DNA of 64,000 nt from Leptolyngbyaceae cyanobacterium (GCA_050331235.1 JBHJHA010000010.1:1-64000); one strand, 5' to 3'; positions 8,865 through 19,771 are shown, numbered from the stretch's first letter. The notes: generated by a model not told the origin, from the sequence alone. Translations and numbers: made by a program.

Positions 8865-9926
8865 CTAATCGGGACAGAGCGAGACCACGTTGCCGTAGTA
8901 GGCGAGCAAGCTGTAAGTCTGTAAATGGCAAAGATCTTGCTGAATTGCGGCTTGCTGCTGCTCGTAAGTCAAATCAAGAGGCGTTTGGCCCAAGAGAATC
9001 TCAATGAGGCTCGGCTCATCATAACCAATGCGCACAAGTTGGTAGTCATCTTCAAACTCTAGGGTAGTGGCCAGGGCGGCCACAGCCTCCGGGCGGCCAC
9101 TGGTGCCATCAATCAGGTTGTACTGCTCCGCTTGCTCAGTACCAAAGATATAAGCCCCCATTTCTTGACGGAGCGTTTGCTCAGAGATGTCCCGCGTCTC
9201 AGAAACATGCTCGACAAAGTTATCGTACTCATTGTTGATATTGGTGCGAAGGACTTGCAGCTCCTCCTCATTGGGTTGACGAAAAGGATTGCCGAGATCT
9301 TTACCTTTGCCCGCTGAGATCACAAACTGCTGGATGCCCCCCTGGGTCGTGACGCCGCCCCCGAGGAGACCGCCGTCGATCGCGACCGGACTGTCAAAAT
9401 AGACCAAGGTGGGGCCAACGACGCCAATGCTGCCGATCAAACTGCCAGGGGCGGCAAAAATCTGGTCGGCGGCCACCATTGACCAGACTCCCCCTGAGGC
9501 CGAAAGCCCCTCAATGTAGGCATAGATGGGTTTTTCAGTCGTCGCTTTATAGTCAGCCAGGGCTTCATAAATCACGTTAGAGCCGACTACGGTGCCGCCT
9601 GGGGTGGAGATGCGCAAAAAGACTCCCTGGACGCGTTCGTCCTCAGCGACTTTTTCCATGAGCTTTTGAAACTGATAAGCATAGGTGACGCTAGAGTCGA
9701 GGCTAAAAAATCCGGAATTAGAAGGGGTGTTCAGGATGGGGCCATTGATGCGAAGTTCTAACAAATAGTTATCGCTGTCTTCGTCACCATCCACGTATCG
9801 AAACTCTAAGGTGTCCTCTTCTTCCTCTGTTGAACTGCTAGAAAAGTTGGGAATGCAGCCGGTGACTCCTAAGCCAAGGGCAACTAAGCTTATGGACAAT
9901 CCTAAGCTTTGAAAAATGCGATTCAT
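8865..9926 (-). CDS. sppA: S49-family (SppA-type) signal peptide peptidase, probable lipoprotein
   Basis: ISTPGG, SASGG (catalytic Ser), GSIGV and GKGKD motifs; N-terminal lipobox-like VTGC. Confidence 0.85.
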   Translation of the reverse strand: MNRIFQSLGLSISLVALGLGVTGCIPNFSSSSTEEEEDTLEFRYVDGDEDSDNYLLELRINGPILNTPSNSGFFSLDSSVTYAYQFQKLMEKVAEDERVQGVFLRISTPGGTVVGSNVIYEALADYKATTEKPIYAYIEGLSASGGVWSMVAADQIFAAPGSLIGSIGVVGPTLVYFDSPVAIDGGLLGGGVTTQGGIQQFVISAGKGKDLGNPFRQPNEEELQVLRTNINNEYDNFVEHVSETRDISEQTLRQEMGAYIFGTEQAEQYNLIDGTSGRPEAVAALATTLEFEDDYQLVRIGYDEPSLIEILLGQTPLDLTYEQQQAAIQQDLCHLQTYSLLAYYGNVVSLCPD

Positions 9927-10164
9927 GAACCTCGTTTCCTACTGAAAATGTGACGCGATTTTTGGCCTATCGCTATGGTAAAAGCTAAATCAGGATTTCC
10001 CGTGTAATCTGCCTCAAGATGGTGACATTAGAAAGACTTGCTAACACTCCTAAGTAAAGCCTAGAAACCCAGAAGACTTGTCCCGGGTAATTTTGACAGG
10101 GAGGGGAAGGTGCGTTCCATGACGGCTGGAGTCCAGCGATCGCCCACCAGGGCCTCGTCGCTAC

Positions 10165-11505
10165 TCACTGGGGGGCCTGTGGGGCATACCAATGGGCGAT
10201 CGCCTGATTATGCACGTCTCGCCAGGGGAGGTTGTGCTGCTGGGCCAGCGCTGCACAGTCGGCGTACTCAGGATGAGCTTTGAGGGGGCGATCGCTGCCT
10301 GGTTCATAGGCTACCTTCATCCGGATATCGCCCAGGGGAGTGGTCAGCACGACGATGGCTCGCCGGAGCCGTAATCGGGATTGGTGCATGCGGCGGACGC
10401 CTAAAGTGGTCGTCTCTCGCCACAAAGCCGCTTCGCAGGCATCCGCCTGCTCGGGGTAGACGATCGCCTTAATTAGGTGACCGGGTCGCGACTTTTTCAT
10501 GGTGATGGCTTGCACAAAGACATCCAATGCTCCGGCGGCGAAGAGGCGATCGTACAGATAGCCGATCGCTTGTGGAGCTAGATCGTCAATCTGCGTTTCC
10601 AGTACGGTCACGGTTTCTCGTCCGGAGCGTGCTTCGACGTCAAGCGCGGTAGGTGCAGCCACCGGGAAATTTGCCTGTGTCGCCGGAGCCAGCGGGGGCT
10701 CATGGTGAGCATTGACGACCGGTGAAGCCACTCTCGACGATGAAGAGTGCTGGGGCTGGTCGGCAGCATATCCCATCCATAAGCGGAGGACATTGGGAAC
10801 GGGCAGTTCTTTGCTGCCGGCACCCAGCCCGACCTTCTGTAGCTGCATCGCGGGTGGATCGCCAAAGTGAGTCGCCAACTCAGTGGCGATCGCGGCCCCA
10901 GTTGGAGTCACGAGTTCCCCCATTAACCCGGCATTGTAGAGGGGCACTTGGGCCATTTCCATCAGCTTCAGCACCGCCGGGGCCGGCACCGGCAATCGAC
11001 CATGGGCCGCTTTGACAAAGCCCTGACCAGTAGGCAGCGGGGCACAATATAGAGCGTCAATGGCTAACCAATCGAGGCCGACACAGGTCCCAACGATATC
11101 GACAATGGCATCGGTGGCTCCAACCTCATGGAAATGAACCGCTTGCGGATCGACGCCATGGATCGCACCCTCGGCCTGGGCCAAACGCTGGAATATGGCC
11201 AGACTCCACTGAGTCGCCCGCGCTGGCAGGTCCGCGGCCTGAATAATATGTTCAATTTCCCGGAGATGGCGGGCGGGCGGCGGGTGAGTGTCCCCCGAGT
11301 CATGGGATAGGACAACATCAACCTTGGTTGCCGCAATGCCGTTTTTGCGAACTTGACGGCGGCGTAGTTCCACCGGTTCAGGCAAATTGAGACGGGCAAT
11401 CAGCCCCTGAAGATCGACTAAGGGCATCCCAGCGCTGACGATCGCGCCTAAACACATATCGCCCGAAATCCCCGTGGGACAGTCTAAAAAGGCTAAAGTC
11501 TTCAT
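10165..11505 (-). CDS. larC: Nickel pincer cofactor biosynthesis protein LarC
   Basis: DCPTGISGDM, VHFHEVGATDAIVDIVG, ELVTPTGAA, MKKSRPG, ETTTLGVR, PEYADC. Confidence 0.93.
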   Translation of the reverse strand: MKTLAFLDCPTGISGDMCLGAIVSAGMPLVDLQGLIARLNLPEPVELRRRQVRKNGIAATKVDVVLSHDSGDTHPPPARHLREIEHIIQAADLPARATQWSLAIFQRLAQAEGAIHGVDPQAVHFHEVGATDAIVDIVGTCVGLDWLAIDALYCAPLPTGQGFVKAAHGRLPVPAPAVLKLMEMAQVPLYNAGLMGELVTPTGAAIATELATHFGDPPAMQLQKVGLGAGSKELPVPNVLRLWMGYAADQPQHSSSSRVASPVVNAHHEPPLAPATQANFPVAAPTALDVEARSGRETVTVLETQIDDLAPQAIGYLYDRLFAAGALDVFVQAITMKKSRPGHLIKAIVYPEQADACEAALWRETTTLGVRRMHQSRLRLRRAIVVLTTPLGDIRMKVAYEPGSDRPLKAHPEYADCAALAQQHNLPWRDVHNQAIAHWYAPQAPQ

Positions 11506-11591
11506 ACAAAATCGTCATTGCGCCATCACTATCTTCCATAATGAAGGCGACTTGTGGTTGACAGCTTAACTTAACAGGGGGAAATGACACC

Positions 11592-12266
11592 ATGGCGATA
11601 ACCTACTCCGTTCATCCTGAAACCCCCCAGCCCCGCCAAATCGAGGCCATTCGTGATGCGCTGCGCAGCGGTGCCATCATGCTCTACCCCACTGATACGG
11701 TCTATGCGATCGGCTGTGACCTAACGGCGAAGCCCGCCATTGATCGAGTGCGACAGCTTAAGCAAACTAGCAATGACAAGCCCCTGACGTTTATGTGCTC
11801 GTCATTGTCAAATATTGCAGAATACGCCTACGTGAGCGATCCAGCCTACCGTCAGATTCGGCATTTAATCCCTGGGCCTTACACTTTTTTGCTGCCAGCA
11901 ACTAAGCAAGTCCCTAAACTTGTGATGAGTCCCAAGCGCAAAACAACCGGAATCAGAGTGCCTGACTGTCCCATCTGTTTATCGCTCATCGAAGCTTTAG
12001 ATAATCCAATTGTGTCTACGTCTGCCCTGTCCCTGCTGGACTTGGACGCCTTACCGGTACCGTCCAAAGCAGAGCTGTTTGACTGGGTCGGTCCCCAGGT
12101 CGATATCATCGTCGATGACGATCGCGACTTGTCCTACGGGTTATCTACCATTTTGAATCTGGTTGAGCCCGCGGACCACACCATCGAGCGGCGAGGCCTC
12201 GGCTGGGAGCAGGCCGCAGATTTGGGCATCGAGGTAGCAGAAGCCGCGATCTTATCAACCCACTGA
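11592..12266 (+). CDS. Sua5/YciO/YrdC-family (threonylcarbamoyl-AMP synthase-like) protein
   Basis: YPTDTVYAIGC, PGPYTF, GIRVPD, STSA. Confidence 0.9.
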   Translation: MAITYSVHPETPQPRQIEAIRDALRSGAIMLYPTDTVYAIGCDLTAKPAIDRVRQLKQTSNDKPLTFMCSSLSNIAEYAYVSDPAYRQIRHLIPGPYTFLLPATKQVPKLVMSPKRKTTGIRVPDCPICLSLIEALDNPIVSTSALSLLDLDALPVPSKAELFDWVGPQVDIIVDDDRDLSYGLSTILNLVEPADHTIERRGLGWEQAADLGIEVAEAAILSTH

Positions 12267-12294
12267 TGGTCTAACCCGCGATCGCCCGACCCGA

Positions 12295-12575
12295 TCAAGA
12301 AATCAGCAGGTCGAGCTCGCTATCGGTCAAGTCCGCAGCGCCAACGAGCTCAGTCCGCACCGCTAAGTAGCGTCCGGTGTAAATGCCTGACCGCTTAAAC
12401 CGGGGATTGGAGCGGCCAGCCTGGACATCCGCTTCGGTATAGGCGTCTCAATTCCGGGGCGATCGCACCCTTGTGGCGAGGCGAAAACATGTCTTGGGAA
12501 AGCCTCATATAATCCCTCAAATCTCTGGAGCAAAAGATACTGACATTCAGCCAATTTTGATTTGGATTTTGACAT
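12295..12575 (-). pseudogene. Possible frameshifted small hypothetical gene (~93 codons)
   Basis: MSKSKSKLAECQYLLL...ASPQ continues, after a 1-nt shift and one TGA, as VRSPRN*DAYTEADVQAGRSNPRFKRSGIYTGRYLAVRTELVGAADLTDSELDLLIS*. Confidence 0.3.
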
Positions 12576-12678
12576 CTTTTAGGAAGTGCGGTGGTTTGCG
12601 ACGTCTGATAGATGGAAGGGGGGCGCTGTCCTGCCAAAATTAAGACCGCTGTTTTGCTCGATGGGGCGATGGTAACGA

Positions 12679-13191
12679 ATGAAAAGATTAAAAGGATTTT
12701 TGACGCTGCTGTTGGCTATGGTGCTGTGTCTGACGATCGCCGGACTGAATAGCCCTGCCAGCGCTGATGACCACACGGCGATGGAGAGTCCTGTTGCTGA
12801 TGGCGGTCTTGTCCGGGTCAGGAGCGATTTTAGTGTCAGCGAAACAGGCGACCGCCTCGAAGCACTCATCGCTGATCGCAGCCTGACCCTGTTTACCCGC
12901 ATTGACCATGCCGCCAATGCCGCCTCCGTCGGGAAGGAACTCCGGCCCACCGAAGTGGTCGTATTTGGGAATCCCAATGTGGGCACGCCGCTGATGCAGT
13001 GCAGTCAGTCGGTGGCGATTGACCTACCGCAAAAAATGCTGATATGGCAAGATGCTGATGGACAAGTCTGGCTCGCCTACAACGACCCCAACTACCTGGC
13101 GGCGCGGCACCAAATTGAGGGCTGCGAGCGAGTGCTCGGCCGGATTAGCCAGGTTCTGGGTGACTTAACCCAAAATGTGGCGGTAAGGTAA
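12679..13191 (+). CDS. DUF302 domain secreted protein
   Basis: Signal peptide; IDHAANA...LRPTEVVVFGNPNVGTPLMQ...AIDLPQKMLIW. Confidence 0.88.
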   Translation: MKRLKGFLTLLLAMVLCLTIAGLNSPASADDHTAMESPVADGGLVRVRSDFSVSETGDRLEALIADRSLTLFTRIDHAANAASVGKELRPTEVVVFGNPNVGTPLMQCSQSVAIDLPQKMLIWQDADGQVWLAYNDPNYLAARHQIEGCERVLGRISQVLGDLTQNVAVR

Positions 13192-13305
13192 TTCAGCCTC
13201 GGGAGCTGAGCGACTCTGAACGGGTGGCAAGTTCGCTGCTGCAGCTTAAGGGAGTGCGTTCGCAGGCACATTTTCACGGTGTGCCCTATGCCTCGACCAA
13301 CCAGT

Positions 13306-13335
13306 AAAAAGCACACTTAGGGTCTCTAAGTGTGC
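13306..13335 (-). terminator. Stem-loop, terminator-like
   Basis: AAAAA-GCACACTTAG-ggtct-CTAAGTGTGC; 10-bp perfect stem with the U-tract on the minus strand. Confidence 0.5.
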
Positions 13336-13508
13336 CGACAGATTGAGCTCTTGCTGTCTGACTGACCCCTGAGAGCGATCTTTGTTCCCAAGGGGTATCG
13401 GGCAGTGACTGAGCTAGTCTCCGCTTTGCTACCGTCTATGAACGGCAGTGATCGCTAGTTTTTACCCTGCGTTAGGATAGCTGCAGCAATCTTTGGTTTG
13501 CGGCTACC

Positions 13509-14234
13509 TTGGCATCATTCAGCACTGTGGATTCTCTACCCTCATACCAGTCCCCGTCTCCTCGGTCTCAGCAGACACCGACGAAAGGGCGGCGCTCAGC
13601 GCTTGTCATCGCATTGGTTTTATTCGGAGGGGCTTGGCTGTTCTCCACTGTGAAACCTCTGATGTGGGGGCGATCGCTGCGTTTGCTCCCTCCCCTCGCT
13701 GAGATTGACTCAGCACCGCTCAAAATGGCCGGTGGGGATCCCCATATCCGGGCACTGATGCGGACTATTTCCGTCGCTGAGTCTCACACGGCTGAGCCTT
13801 ACCACACCCTCTATGGCGGACAGCGGATTAGCGATCTGACCGAGCATCCTGACCTGTGCGTTGATATTGTGGCTGGCCCCAACGTCGGCAATTGCACCAC
13901 CGCGGCTGGGCGGTATCAATTTTTGACCACAACCTGGTTAGAAAAAGCCCAACAATATCATCCTCAACCGCCACGGTGGTATTCCTGGTGGGCGGACTAT
14001 AGCTTTGAGCCGGCATATCAAGATGAAGTGGTGTATCGCTGGCTCAGCGATACCGTGGCTTGGAATGCTGATATCGCCGATTTGCTGCGGCAAGGCTACC
14101 TCAGCGAAGTGCTTTATCTGCTCTCTGGCACTTGGACGAGCCTCGGCTACGGTATCGAAGACAACGCGGTAACGCCCTACCTGCACCGAGTGTATGAGCA
14201 AATGCTGGCGGAAGAACTGGCAACAGTTCCATAG
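13509..14234 (+). CDS. Lambda-lysozyme-like muramidase (GH104/GH24-like) with N-terminal membrane segment
   Basis: RALMRTISVAES, YHTLYGG, TAAGRYQFLTTTW, FEPAYQD, LSGTWTSL. Start uncertain. Confidence 0.85.
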   Translation: MASFSTVDSLPSYQSPSPRSQQTPTKGRRSALVIALVLFGGAWLFSTVKPLMWGRSLRLLPPLAEIDSAPLKMAGGDPHIRALMRTISVAESHTAEPYHTLYGGQRISDLTEHPDLCVDIVAGPNVGNCTTAAGRYQFLTTTWLEKAQQYHPQPPRWYSWWADYSFEPAYQDEVVYRWLSDTVAWNADIADLLRQGYLSEVLYLLSGTWTSLGYGIEDNAVTPYLHRVYEQMLAEELATVP

Positions 14235-14411
14235 CTGCCTGCCCTGGTCAAAAGCACATTATCCAATGACCAGATGGCTAGTTCCGACCATGTTTCGGCA
14301 GTTTCTCCAGCCAACAAAGCCTAAAAGGTGATGCCGATGATGGCTGCCCCAAACCAGTGGTTGCACTTTTTGAGGATGGACAGACACCATCGGGCTTAGC
14401 GGCTGAAGGTT

Positions 14412-14771
14412 TTAGAACAGGCCAATCTGAGTCAAAACCCAAACCAAGATGCTGTTGATTACGGCAAGGGCAAACGCACCGATGATGGCGCTGATGATGC
14501 CCCAGCGCAGGCGAAACCCGGGAACGAGCCATGCGGCCAAGCCAAAGACAATGATGTTAATCAACAGAGGAATCAAGCCTAAGCTGATGATGGCACCAAA
14601 TGTGCGCAGCCCCTGGGGCAAGATGTGATACAAGCCGTTCAGGATGCCAATGATGGCTCCACCGACCAGGGCTTTAACGGGGCTATCTACTTCTACCCCG
14701 GTGGGTAATAGGGAAACTAGCCATAAACTGATGGCCAAGACAACAACGGTAATTAGAAATCCAATAATCAT
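14412..14771 (-). CDS. YvlD/DUF360 'phage holin family' 4-TM membrane protein
   Basis: GVEVDS...ALVGGAIIGILN...ISLGL...IN...AAWLVPGFRL...AIIGA. Confidence 0.8.
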   Translation of the reverse strand: MIIGFLITVVVLAISLWLVSLLPTGVEVDSPVKALVGGAIIGILNGLYHILPQGLRTFGAIISLGLIPLLINIIVFGLAAWLVPGFRLRWGIISAIIGAFALAVINSILVWVLTQIGLF

Positions 14772-15332
14772 TTTGGTAAATTCCTCGTCCTTACAGATGA
14801 TTTCGCTGGCTAAAACCGCAGAGCAGTAGACATACGAAACCCGACGACTACTTCAACTTGAGCGGAGAATGCTTCAAGCATTTACAGGGTCAGAATCTAG
14901 CAGGTATCTCTAAGCTTTAGGCCAGCCAGTATTAAAGGGGCTGTTCAACATTACTTTACTTTATTCAAGCACTGGAATTATTCCAAGCAAACGTTAAAGA
15001 CAGATGAAGGAAGCGATGACGACTGCTTTTTGGTCCGTTAACGGCCATTTAAGACGCTGACACATATCAAGCTAGGTTTAACTCTGGGGCAAAGTTGCTT
15101 GGGGGGGAAGCGGTTTCCAGGTTCAGGCCGAGTGATTTCTCAATGCTAAACTTTCAACTCGTCACCTCTGCACGGCTGCCTTTAAAGACTGTCAGTTGTG
15201 GGGCCGCCGTTGAACCAATTGATTCAACGGTAAAGCCCAAGGTGACTGTATCGGTTCACGGGGGATGAGTTGCGATCGCCCCACTCAGAACAGTAAGCTA
15301 AGCGACACCCCAAGGGAGGTAAAGCAGGCGTC

Positions 15333-16187
15333 GTGGCACCAACGGAAAACAAGATTCAGGTCGGGCAGCTGGAGTGGTTTTATCGAGAGTCAGAGCCATT
15401 GACGGCGATGGATGCCCCCCCGGTCGTATTGCTACACGGGCTTGTGTCGCAAAGCTATAGCTGGCGTGAGGTGATGCCCAAAATTGCCGAACAGGGACGC
15501 CGGGCGATCGCCCCCGATTGGATTGGCCATGGATTTTCCAGCTTTCCGGAGAAACGGGACTTTGCCTACACGGCCAACGCCTTTGTGACTGAGTTAGAAC
15601 GGTTTTTGGAAGCGCTAGAAATTGACCGTTTGCACCTTGTGGTCCAGGGATTTATGGGGGTGTATGGGGTGCTGTTTGCCCTGCAAAATCCAGCACGGGT
15701 GGAGCGACTTGCTATCGTTAATACCCCATTAGCCCCCTCTGTGAAGTTACCCGGTGCGATTCGCCGGATGACTTTGCCCTTGGCAGGGGAAATGATGACC
15801 CAAGATCCCCTTCTGGTCGATCGCACCTTAGAAGGCGGTGGGCCTTATCAGGTGGATGATCAGGACCTAGATGTCTATCGCAAGCCCTTTTTGAAAACTT
15901 CGGCAGCGGGGCGATCGCTCCTGTTTACCCTGCGCAACTTTAGGCTCGCAGATAGCACCCAAGTGATCGCCCAAGCCTGGCCAGAATGGTCCCAGCCGAC
16001 CCAGCTAATCTGGGGAGTTGCGGATCCTTGGGTCCCGGTGGCGCAGGCAGCCCAATGGGTAGAACAAGTGCCCAACGGCGAACTCAGCCGCTTGGAAGAA
16101 GTCGGTCACTATGCCCAAGAAGACTGGGCTGATAAGGTTTCTCAAGTTCTTGTGCCCTTTCTCCGGCGTCAATCGCTAGAAAGTTGA
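15333..16187 (+). CDS. Alpha/beta hydrolase (haloalkane-dehalogenase-like)
   Basis: LLHGL, APDWIGHGFS, IWGVADPW, GHYAQED; GGAGG RBS. Confidence 0.88.
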   Translation: MAPTENKIQVGQLEWFYRESEPLTAMDAPPVVLLHGLVSQSYSWREVMPKIAEQGRRAIAPDWIGHGFSSFPEKRDFAYTANAFVTELERFLEALEIDRLHLVVQGFMGVYGVLFALQNPARVERLAIVNTPLAPSVKLPGAIRRMTLPLAGEMMTQDPLLVDRTLEGGGPYQVDDQDLDVYRKPFLKTSAAGRSLLFTLRNFRLADSTQVIAQAWPEWSQPTQLIWGVADPWVPVAQAAQWVEQVPNGELSRLEEVGHYAQEDWADKVSQVLVPFLRRQSLES

Positions 16188-16310
16188 GACTGGCTTTACT
16201 TAAATGGCTTACGGATCTACCTCGTGGGCACATGAATTCTAACGATGGATTCTGATTGATCGAGGGGTCTGCCGCTTACCATGAAATACGTTGTGGCGTA
16301 GGGTATTGCT

Positions 16311-19118
16311 TTGAGTACACCCGGTTGGCTGACAGGTTCTCCCCAGCAAGGTTGGCATACCTTGCTCCCCCAAACCGCCTTGACCCAACTCCAGAGCGAT
16401 CGCGCCCAAGGCCTAACCGCCGCCGAGGTCATCCACCGTCGAGAGCAGGTGGGGGCAAATGTTTTAGAAGAAGTGAAAGGTCGTAGCAGTTGGCGCATCC
16501 TGCTGGATCAGTTCACCAACATTATGTTGCTGATGCTGATTGCGGTGGCGGTGATTTCTGGAATCATCGCCCTGCGCAAGGGGGAGTTGCCCAAGGACGC
16601 GATCGCGATTTTTGCGATCGTCATTCTCAACGGGTTGCTGGGCTACTTTCAAGAAAGCCGCGCCGAAAAGGCCCTGGCTGCCCTAAAGCAAATGGCCTCG
16701 CCACAAGTTCGAGTGGTGCGCGAGGGGCGGCCTGTTGAGGTGCCTGCCCAGGATTTAGTACCGGGCGATATTTTGCTTTTGGAAGCGGGGATGCAGGTGG
16801 CAGCGGATGGCCGACTACTCGAAGCGTCTAACTTGCAGGTCCGTGAGTCGGCGCTAACGGGAGAAGCCGAAGCGGTGACCAAACAAGCTAACAACGTTTT
16901 AGATGCAGATGTTAGCCTGGGCGATCGCACCAACCTGGTCTATCAGGGCACCGAAGTGGTGTACGGTCGGGGGCGCGTGCTCGTTACCCAAACGGGGATG
17001 CAGACCGAGCTCGGACGGATTGCGGCGATGTTGCAGTCCGTTGAGACTGAACCGACCCCCCTTCAGGTGCGGATGGATCAGTTGGGCAATACTTTGGTCA
17101 CGGGATCGCTAGTTTTGGTGGCCCTAGTGGTGGTGGGCGGGGTCATCCAAGCGGGCTGGGGTGCGTTTGAAGATTTGCTGGAAGTATCGCTAAGTATGGC
17201 CGTGGCTGTCGTGCCCGAGGGCCTGCCCGCCGTCATCACCGTAACTTTGGCAATCGGCACCCAGCGCATGGTGCGACGCATCGCCTTAATTCGTCGCTTG
17301 CCTGCGGTGGAAACCCTGGGCTCCGTTACTCACATTTGCCCAGACAAAACCGGCACTCTGACTCAAAACAAAATGGTGGGGCAGGTCGTACAAACGGCGT
17401 CGCAGCGGTATCAAGTGACTGGCGAGGGTTACTCACCCCAGGGGGAGTTCGACCTGCCAAAGGGCGGTGCGATCGCCCCTCTAGAACACCCTGAACTGGC
17501 GGCGCTGTTGGTTACTGGTCTCCTGTGTAACGATGCCGTCTTGCAAAAAGAGCAAGGGGAATGGGCGATTTTGGGTGATCCCACCGAAGGGGCCTTGGTG
17601 GTATTGGCCAGCAAAGCCGGGCTCAACCAGCAAACCTTGATGCACCAGCATGAGCGTGTCGCCGAGTTTGCCTTTTCCTCCGAGCGCAAGCGCATGAGTA
17701 TCGTGGTGCGATCGCTCGAGGAGACTCAGCTGGCCTCATTTCTACCCGACGTGCCCTATTGGTTGCTGGCCAAAGGTTCGCCAGAACTGTTACTGGAACG
17801 CTGTGAGCTGTGGCAGCAGCAGTCGACCCTGATCCCATTAAATGCTGCTGCCCGGTCTCAGATCGTGGCCCAAAACGAAGCCATGGCCGCCCAAGGCCTT
17901 CGTGTGTTGGGTATGGCCATGAAACCTCTAACCGCCCCCCCGGCGGCTGACGCCGATGTCAATGCCGTAGAAGCCGGATTGGCCTGGCTGGGCTTAGTTG
18001 GCATGATTGATGCGCCGCGCTCAGAAGCCAAGCAGGCGGTGATGCTGTGTCAGCAGGCCGGCATCTATCCGATGATGATTACCGGCGATCATCAGCTGAC
18101 GGCAAAAGCGATCGCTGTGGATATGGGCATCGCCAAACCTGACGCGGCGGTGCTGACCGGTAAGACATTAGAAAAGATGGATGCATCAGCCCTGCAGACG
18201 GCCGTCCAGACGACTCAGGTGTATGCTCGGGTCTCGCCAGAGCACAAACTTCGCATCGTTCAAGCACTCCAAGCGCAGCACCGCATTGTGGCCATGACTG
18301 GTGACGGGGTAAACGATGCCCCGGCCCTAAAACAGGCCGACATCGGCATCGCCATGGGCATCACGGGCACCGATGTCAGCAAGGAAGCCAGCGATATGGT
18401 GCTGCTTGATGACAACTTTGCCAGCATTGTGGCCGCTGGCGAAGAAGGGCGAGTCGTTTACGATAATATTCGCCGGTTTGTGAAATACATTCTGGGATCA
18501 AATATCGGTGAGGTCCTCACGATCGCCGCTTCCCCGATATTCTTGCCAATTCTGGATGTGCCGCTGACGCCCCTGCAAATTTTGTGGATGAATTTGGTAA
18601 CCGATGGCTTCCCTGCGTTGGCCTTGGCGGTGGAGCCGGCTGAGCCCGATGTTATGACCCGTCCGCCCCACGACCCAAAAGAAAGCATTTTCGCCCGCGG
18701 TCTCGGTAGCTACATGTTACGGATCGGTGTGGTGTTCAGCATCATTTCCATCTCGCTAATGTGTTGGGCCTATTACGAAGTGCAAAATCCCAATATTGCC
18801 GGTGATCCCGAGCGCTGGAAGACCATGGTCTTTACGACGCTGTGTCTGGCCCAGATGGGCCATGCGATCGCCGTCCGCTCAGATGTGCGCATGACCTACG
18901 AAATGTCCCTGTTTTCCAATCCTTTTGTGCTAGCAGCCGTAGTCATTACTACGACTTTGCAGCTTATGCTGATCTACGTACCCCCGTTACGCAATTTCTT
19001 TGGCACCCAGGTATTGCCACCGATGGAGTTGTTGATCTGTTTTGGTTTCAGCATGCTGATGTTTGGTTGGGTCGAAGGAGAAAAGCTCTATCGCCGCCTG
19101 GTGAAATCACACCTATAG
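16311..19118 (+). CDS. pacL: Cation-translocating P-type IIA ATPase (PacL/Ca2+-type)
   Basis: [39 protein letters not shown] and [11 protein letters not shown] motifs. Confidence 0.9.
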   Translation: MSTPGWLTGSPQQGWHTLLPQTALTQLQSDRAQGLTAAEVIHRREQVGANVLEEVKGRSSWRILLDQFTNIMLLMLIAVAVISGIIALRKGELPKDAIAIFAIVILNGLLGYFQESRAEKALAALKQMASPQVRVVREGRPVEVPAQDLVPGDILLLEAGMQVAADGRLLEASNLQVRESALTGEAEAVTKQANNVLDADVSLGDRTNLVYQGTEVVYGRGRVLVTQTGMQTELGRIAAMLQSVETEPTPLQVRMDQLGNTLVTGSLVLVALVVVGGVIQAGWGAFEDLLEVSLSMAVAVVPEGLPAVITVTLAIGTQRMVRRIALIRRLPAVETLGSVTHICPDKTGTLTQNKMVGQVVQTASQRYQVTGEGYSPQGEFDLPKGGAIAPLEHPELAALLVTGLLCNDAVLQKEQGEWAILGDPTEGALVVLASKAGLNQQTLMHQHERVAEFAFSSERKRMSIVVRSLEETQLASFLPDVPYWLLAKGSPELLLERCELWQQQSTLIPLNAAARSQIVAQNEAMAAQGLRVLGMAMKPLTAPPAADADVNAVEAGLAWLGLVGMIDAPRSEAKQAVMLCQQAGIYPMMITGDHQLTAKAIAVDMGIAKPDAAVLTGKTLEKMDASALQTAVQTTQVYARVSPEHKLRIVQALQAQHRIVAMTGDGVNDAPALKQADIGIAMGITGTDVSKEASDMVLLDDNFASIVAAGEEGRVVYDNIRRFVKYILGSNIGEVLTIAASPIFLPILDVPLTPLQILWMNLVTDGFPALALAVEPAEPDVMTRPPHDPKESIFARGLGSYMLRIGVVFSIISISLMCWAYYEVQNPNIAGDPERWKTMVFTTLCLAQMGHAIAVRSDVRMTYEMSLFSNPFVLAAVVITTTLQLMLIYVPPLRNFFGTQVLPPMELLICFGFSMLMFGWVEGEKLYRRLVKSHL

Positions 19119-19124
19119 GGGCTC

Positions 19125-19230
19125 ATACCAATTTCTGTAGAATGGCACTACCGATCGAAGCTCCGCCACTCCCTTAAAAGGGGTTGGGGATGGGTTTAAT
19201 ATGTGTAACTTTGATTCAGAGAATGGGTAT
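19125..19230. repeat. MITE-like dispersed repeat, copy B (opposite orientation to A/C)
   Basis: ATACCAATTTCT...AGAATGGGTAT ends with a CCCTTAAAAGGG core. Right end nearly matches 46085-46139. Confidence 0.75.
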
Positions 19231-19345
19231 TGTCCGATTTCTACGAATCACGACTCCATACAGCTTCTTCAAAGCCACTTTTTCAGGGGGGCAGCGACAG
19301 CCGAGGCAACCTTAATTATTTAGCGCTTTTACAGAGAATTGGTAT
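19231..19345. repeat. MITE-like dispersed repeat, copy C, abutting copy B
   Basis: aatcacgac..catac....ttcttcaaagcc..tttttca.gggg.cagcgacagc...tagcgct.ttacagagaattggtat matches copy A. Confidence 0.75.
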
Positions 19346-19573
19346 TATCCGTCACGTCAGATTCCGATGGATGCGATCGCGAGCCTGGTTGGCATTGCTA
19401 CCGCAACTCGCGCCAATCAGGCTCATATCAAATATTCTCTATCGTTAAGCAAGCTGTTGCAAGCCCGTCTGTGAAACGATGGATGCCCCACTCAACAATC
19501 TCTGTAGCTTGGTAGATGCTACCTTTGACGCTTTGTCGTACCTTAATTTTAGATTGAAAATTGAGGTTCGCGT

Positions 19574-19771
19574 ATGGACGTCTTTCAAAATTATTTGCTG
19601 ATGCAAACTGGCGCTGAGAGCGCGCCCTACTTTTCTGCCATTACAATCGTTTTTGGTGTGGGCTTTATTGCGGCTGTCGTTATTGGCTCAATTGCGTGGT
19701 ACAACTCTAAGCGCCCCGTCGGTTGGGAAGACAAAGAGCGTCCTGACGTTGTTCCTGACATCAAAAAGTAA
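19574..19771 (+). CDS. psb35: Photosystem II assembly protein Psb35-like single-TM protein
   Basis: VGFIAAVVIGSIAWYNSKRPVGWEDKERPDVVP family signature; GAGG RBS. Confidence 0.75.
   Translation: MDVFQNYLLMQTGAESAPYFSAITIVFGVGFIAAVVIGSIAWYNSKRPVGWEDKERPDVVPDIKK

Noticed and set aside
13509..14771. Prophage lysis cassette
   Set aside because: The genes are convergent, no other phage genes are present, composition is host-like, and the muramidase carries a HIP1 site.
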